Translations under genes and position numbers: made by a program
In this document: positions 60,744 to 64,000 of the stretch, piece after piece
How the letters are laid out: each line of letters starts with the position of its first letter
Position numbering within the stretch: the stretch's first letter is position 1
NCBI GenBank assembly: GCA_977020255.1
Contig: CDROCS010000506.1
Coordinates: forward strand, 310,001 to 374,000
DNA from: Obrimoposthia wandeli
Taxonomy: Eukaryota
Direction: 5' to 3'
Length of the DNA: 64,000 bases
Notes under the pieces: model-generated
The model's input: only the letters and a program-made list of their open reading frames with translations
Databases searched by the model: none
Told to the model about the DNA's origin: nothing

Positions 60744-61331
60744 ATGATGATAAAGCTAACCATGCCATTGCTTGTGGCTATATTACTCGTCGGCTGTACC
60801 ACGAGTGAATATCCGCAGACCAATGGCTACAACAAAGTAAATCAATTAACGAAAGTCGAGACTGGCGATCTCACTCAATTCGCCCAACAAAAATCGACCT
60901 TTGCTTGGTATCCGGGTCGCGGTAAAACCTTCCTTCCCGAAACCAGTAATAAAGCTTTATTTGCTCGCTATACTGAAAAATCCATCATCCAAATAATGCA
61001 GGATAAAGGCTATTCTTTCACAAGTAATGTGCAACAAGCTGACTTTCTCATCGGTTATGGTTTAGCGGTAGAGTCTGAACTCTCTGATGAACAGATTTTT
61101 AACAAAGTAGGTTCAAATCTTGGTTTATCAATGAGTCATTTAGACCCAGATAAATTTCAAAAAGGCAGTGCCCTTATCGCCTTTTACAACCAACATACTT
61201 TTCAGACTGAATGGCAGGTACTCGCACAAGGCATAGCTAAAGTGGGACAATCACAACAAGACCGTAAAGAAAAAATTGAAGCGGTGATGTTCTCAATGCT
61301 TAATCACGTACCAACACGCATAGCGGAATAA
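60744..61331 (+). CDS. DUF4136-like lipoprotein
   Basis: Lipobox LLVGC, TFAW, MQDKGY..ADFLIGY..KGSALIAFY..WQ pattern. Confidence 0.7.
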   Translation: MMIKLTMPLLVAILLVGCTTSEYPQTNGYNKVNQLTKVETGDLTQFAQQKSTFAWYPGRGKTFLPETSNKALFARYTEKSIIQIMQDKGYSFTSNVQQADFLIGYGLAVESELSDEQIFNKVGSNLGLSMSHLDPDKFQKGSALIAFYNQHTFQTEWQVLAQGIAKVGQSQQDRKEKIEAVMFSMLNHVPTRIAE

Positions 61332-61425
61332 TTAATACCGAGCTAGTTTTATCAACTATGAACTGTTAAAAAATCACCCAAATCTAATTATAATCAGTGA
61401 TTAAACAAGCGATTATTGACAATAT

Positions 61426-61462
61426 AACGCCAAGGTTAGTGTATTTATGCTACCTTGGCGTT
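61426..61462. other. 11-bp inverted repeat in the leader of cpdB
   Basis: aacgccaaggt...accttggcgtt. Could be a terminator of the upstream gene or an mRNA leader hairpin. Confidence 0.5.
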
Positions 61463-61496
61463 TCTGTATCTACTTCTATTTAACTTGGAGAAAATC

Positions 61497-63464
61497 ATGT
61501 CGTTATCTATCAAACCAGTCGCTATTGCCGTACTCGGTGGGCTACTGACTATGGCCGGGCCTGCTTATGCGGAAACCATCAAATTACGTATCCTAGAAAC
61601 GACGGATATTCATACCAACGTAATGGATTATGATTATTACAAGAACAAACCAACCGAAAAAACAGGCCTAGTTCGTACCGCGACATTAGTAAGAGAAGCA
61701 CGTGCAGAAGTAAAGAACAGCGTATTAGTTGATAACGGTGACTTATTGCAAGGTAGTCCAATGGGCGACTACATGGCAGATAAAGGCCTACAACCAGGTG
61801 ATGTACACCCAGTTTACAAAGCCATGAATCAACTGGGTTATGAAGTCGGTAACCTTGGTAATCACGAATTTAACTACGGGTTAGACTTCTTAAAAGAAGC
61901 AACTAATGACGCTAACTTCCCGTATATCAATGCTAACGTTATCGATCTTAAGACCGGTAAAAACATGTTTACCCCATACATCATCAAAACCAATACCTTT
62001 ACTGATACTGACGGCGTAGAGCATCAAGTTAAAATTGGTTACATCGGTTTTGTACCACCGCAAATTTTAATCTGGGATAAGAAAAACCTAGAAGGTAAAG
62101 TTGAAGCGTTAGACATCAAACAAACTGCTGAAAAATTTGTACCACAAATGAAAGCTGAAGGCGCAGATATTATTCTAGCGATCCCACATTCAGGCGTATC
62201 AGCAGACCCGTATAAAGTAATGGCTGAAAACTCAGTTTATTATCTAACACAAGTACCAGGTATTGATGCAATTGCGTTTGGTCATTCGCATGCTGTATTC
62301 CCAAGCGAGAGCTTCTCTAAGTTACCAGGCGCTGATATCGAAAAAGGTACAATCAACGGTATTCCAGCTGTCATGCCTGGTCGCTGGGGTGATCATGTCG
62401 GTATCATGGATCTAGTATTAGACAAACAAGGTGATACTTGGAAAGTAACGCACGCACAAACTGAAGCACGTCCTATTTTCGACAAATTTACTAAAAAACC
62501 ATTAGTGAAAGCTGACGAGAAAATGGTTGCTGCAGTACAAGAAGACCACAAAGCAACACGTAACTTCGTTAACCAACCTATCGGTAAAGCAAGTGATGTG
62601 ATGTACAGCTTCCTTGCGCTAGTACAAGACGACCCAACAATTCAAATTGTTAACTTGGCGCAAAAAGATTACGTTGAACGCTTTATCCAAGGTGATCCTG
62701 ATTTAGACGGTATTCCAGTACTTTCAGCTGCAGCACCGTTTAAAGCTGGCGGCCGTGGTAACGATCCAACTAACTTTACTGAAGTTGAATCAGGTCAATT
62801 AACCTTCCGTAATGCAGCCGATCTGTACCTTTACCCTAATACCCTAGTAGCAATGAAAGTAACAGGTAAAGAAGTAAAAGAATGGCTTGAGTGTTCTGCT
62901 GGTCAGTTTAACCAAATCGACTTAAACAGCACTGCACCACAAGGTTTAATCAACTGGGATGAATTCCGTACTTACAATTACGATGTAATGGACGGTGTTA
63001 AATACGGTATCGATTTATCACAGCCAGCACGTTATAACGGCGATTGTAAACTGATTAATCCGGACTCAAGCCGTATTACAGACTTAACATTTGAAGGCAA
63101 ACCGGTAGATCCAGCGCAGCCGTTCCTCGTAGCAACAAATAACTACCGTGCTTACAGTGCGAAGTTTGCTGGTACAGGCGAAGCGTTTGTTGCATTTGCA
63201 TCACCAGATGAAAACCGTACTGTACTTGCAGATTACATCAGCCGCGTAAGTAAAGAAAAAGGCCAAGTAACGCCAAGTGCAGATAACAACTGGTACTTCA
63301 CACAGCTACAAAGCGATAAGAAACTAAATATCACTTTTGAAACAGCACCTGGTGAAAAAGCCGCACAGTTCATCAAGGACAAAGGCCAATACCCAATGCA
63401 GTTTATTAAAGAAGATAAACTTGGCTTTGCTATCTATAACTTAGATTTACAAAGCAAAAAATAA
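61497..63464 (+). CDS. cpdB: 2',3'-cyclic-nucleotide 2'-phosphodiesterase / 3'-nucleotidase
   Basis: [47 protein letters not shown]. Start reassigned to ATG 61497 (RBS GGAG). Confidence 0.96.
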   Translation: MSLSIKPVAIAVLGGLLTMAGPAYAETIKLRILETTDIHTNVMDYDYYKNKPTEKTGLVRTATLVREARAEVKNSVLVDNGDLLQGSPMGDYMADKGLQPGDVHPVYKAMNQLGYEVGNLGNHEFNYGLDFLKEATNDANFPYINANVIDLKTGKNMFTPYIIKTNTFTDTDGVEHQVKIGYIGFVPPQILIWDKKNLEGKVEALDIKQTAEKFVPQMKAEGADIILAIPHSGVSADPYKVMAENSVYYLTQVPGIDAIAFGHSHAVFPSESFSKLPGADIEKGTINGIPAVMPGRWGDHVGIMDLVLDKQGDTWKVTHAQTEARPIFDKFTKKPLVKADEKMVAAVQEDHKATRNFVNQPIGKASDVMYSFLALVQDDPTIQIVNLAQKDYVERFIQGDPDLDGIPVLSAAAPFKAGGRGNDPTNFTEVESGQLTFRNAADLYLYPNTLVAMKVTGKEVKEWLECSAGQFNQIDLNSTAPQGLINWDEFRTYNYDVMDGVKYGIDLSQPARYNGDCKLINPDSSRITDLTFEGKPVDPAQPFLVATNNYRAYSAKFAGTGEAFVAFASPDENRTVLADYISRVSKEKGQVTPSADNNWYFTQLQSDKKLNITFETAPGEKAAQFIKDKGQYPMQFIKEDKLGFAIYNLDLQSKK

Positions 63465-63507
63465 GCAAAACAATACGGTTTACGAACCTGTTATTGATAT
63501 AAAGAGC

Positions 63508-63537
63508 AATACCGCAGCCTGTCTGCGGTATTTTTTT
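63508..63537 (+). terminator. rho-independent terminator of cpdB
   Basis: aataccgcag-cctgt-ctgcggtattttttt. Confidence 0.88.
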
Positions 63538-63607
63538 AACTTAAATTTGTTACACTTATTGCTAGAGATGCTTCTCATCAATCACCTTAATTCAGGCAGG
63601 ACGCCAC

Positions 63608-64000
63608 ATGGATAACAGCACTAACACTGACGATAAAAACCTAAAGAACAACATAAACAGCACTCACGAGAATACACCAGCACCTTGCTACTATGAACAA
63701 CATGGCAGTGACAATAACAGCCCTATTGTGTTTATTCACGGCTCTTACGCGAGTACATCAACGTGGAAGAAGATCGTTCAACAGTTTGCACTCACACATC
63801 ACTGCATTTCGATTAAGTTACCCGGCCATTGTGGCATGCCAGATCCCGATGATTTCAATGCCCCAAACATCAATACCGAACTTGCTATCATCGAATCTGT
63901 TATTGCGGAATTAACAGGAAAAGCGACTCAAAAAAATCAGCCCATCCACCTTATCGGTCATTCTTTTGGTGGTGTAGTGGCACTGGCATTAGCGCTGAAA
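63608..64000 (+). CDS. alpha/beta hydrolase (runs off the window)
   Basis: Manual translation from ATG 63608 (RBS GGCAGGA) gives IVFIHGSYAS..IKLPGHCG..IHLIGHSFGGVVAL. Not in the ORF track. Confidence 0.9.
   Translation, partial: MDNSTNTDDKNLKNNINSTHENTPAPCYYEQHGSDNNSPIVFIHGSYASTSTWKKIVQQFALTHHCISIKLPGHCGMPDPDDFNAPNINTELAIIESVIAELTGKATQKNQPIHLIGHSFGGVVALALALK

Noticed and set aside
63693-63914. 73-aa ORF in the track
   Set aside because: Wrong frame of the alpha/beta hydrolase starting at 63608.

Overview
AT-rich chromosomal window from a marine gammaproteobacterium (gene content and style suggest Moritella or a relative; this is inference). It is mostly core and housekeeping genes: adk, htpG, gpx, rnb, folE, moeAB, a csp gene, can, nhaA, zwf-pgl, udp, rimK, pspBC and cpdB. 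It also holds a Fur-boxed TonB-dependent receptor with a complete TtpB-TtpC-ExbB-ExbD-TonB-TtpD operon and an upstream two-component pair. I found no integrase, IS, rRNA, tRNA or CRISPR array. The best candidates for undescribed biology are: (1) a module at 56.2-59.7 kb in which rimK and an intact but catalytically dead formiminoglutamase (HutG) homolog sit between two divergent MaoP/DUF413 paralogs, near a CCP-type M14 carboxypeptidase; (2) a translationally coupled outer-membrane operon (beta-barrel + DUF4056-like lipoprotein + POTRA-less Omp85); (3) a hemerythrin/DUF2249-like/membrane-protein operon with a class II FNR-like promoter; (4) an AT-rich operon of unknown membrane proteins at 7.7-12.7 kb. 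Cis-elements read directly from the sequence include a yybP-ykoY (Mn2+) riboswitch before a CaCA antiporter, a shared OhrR-type operator linking gpx and ohrR 48 kb apart, a shared TetR operator, a CRP site at udp and Fur boxes. Caveat: several 50-300 bp patches carry dense indels inside conserved genes (htpG 5' end, folE 3' half, the sensor kinase, island genes). These look more like poor consensus sequence than biology, so pseudogene calls here are provisional.
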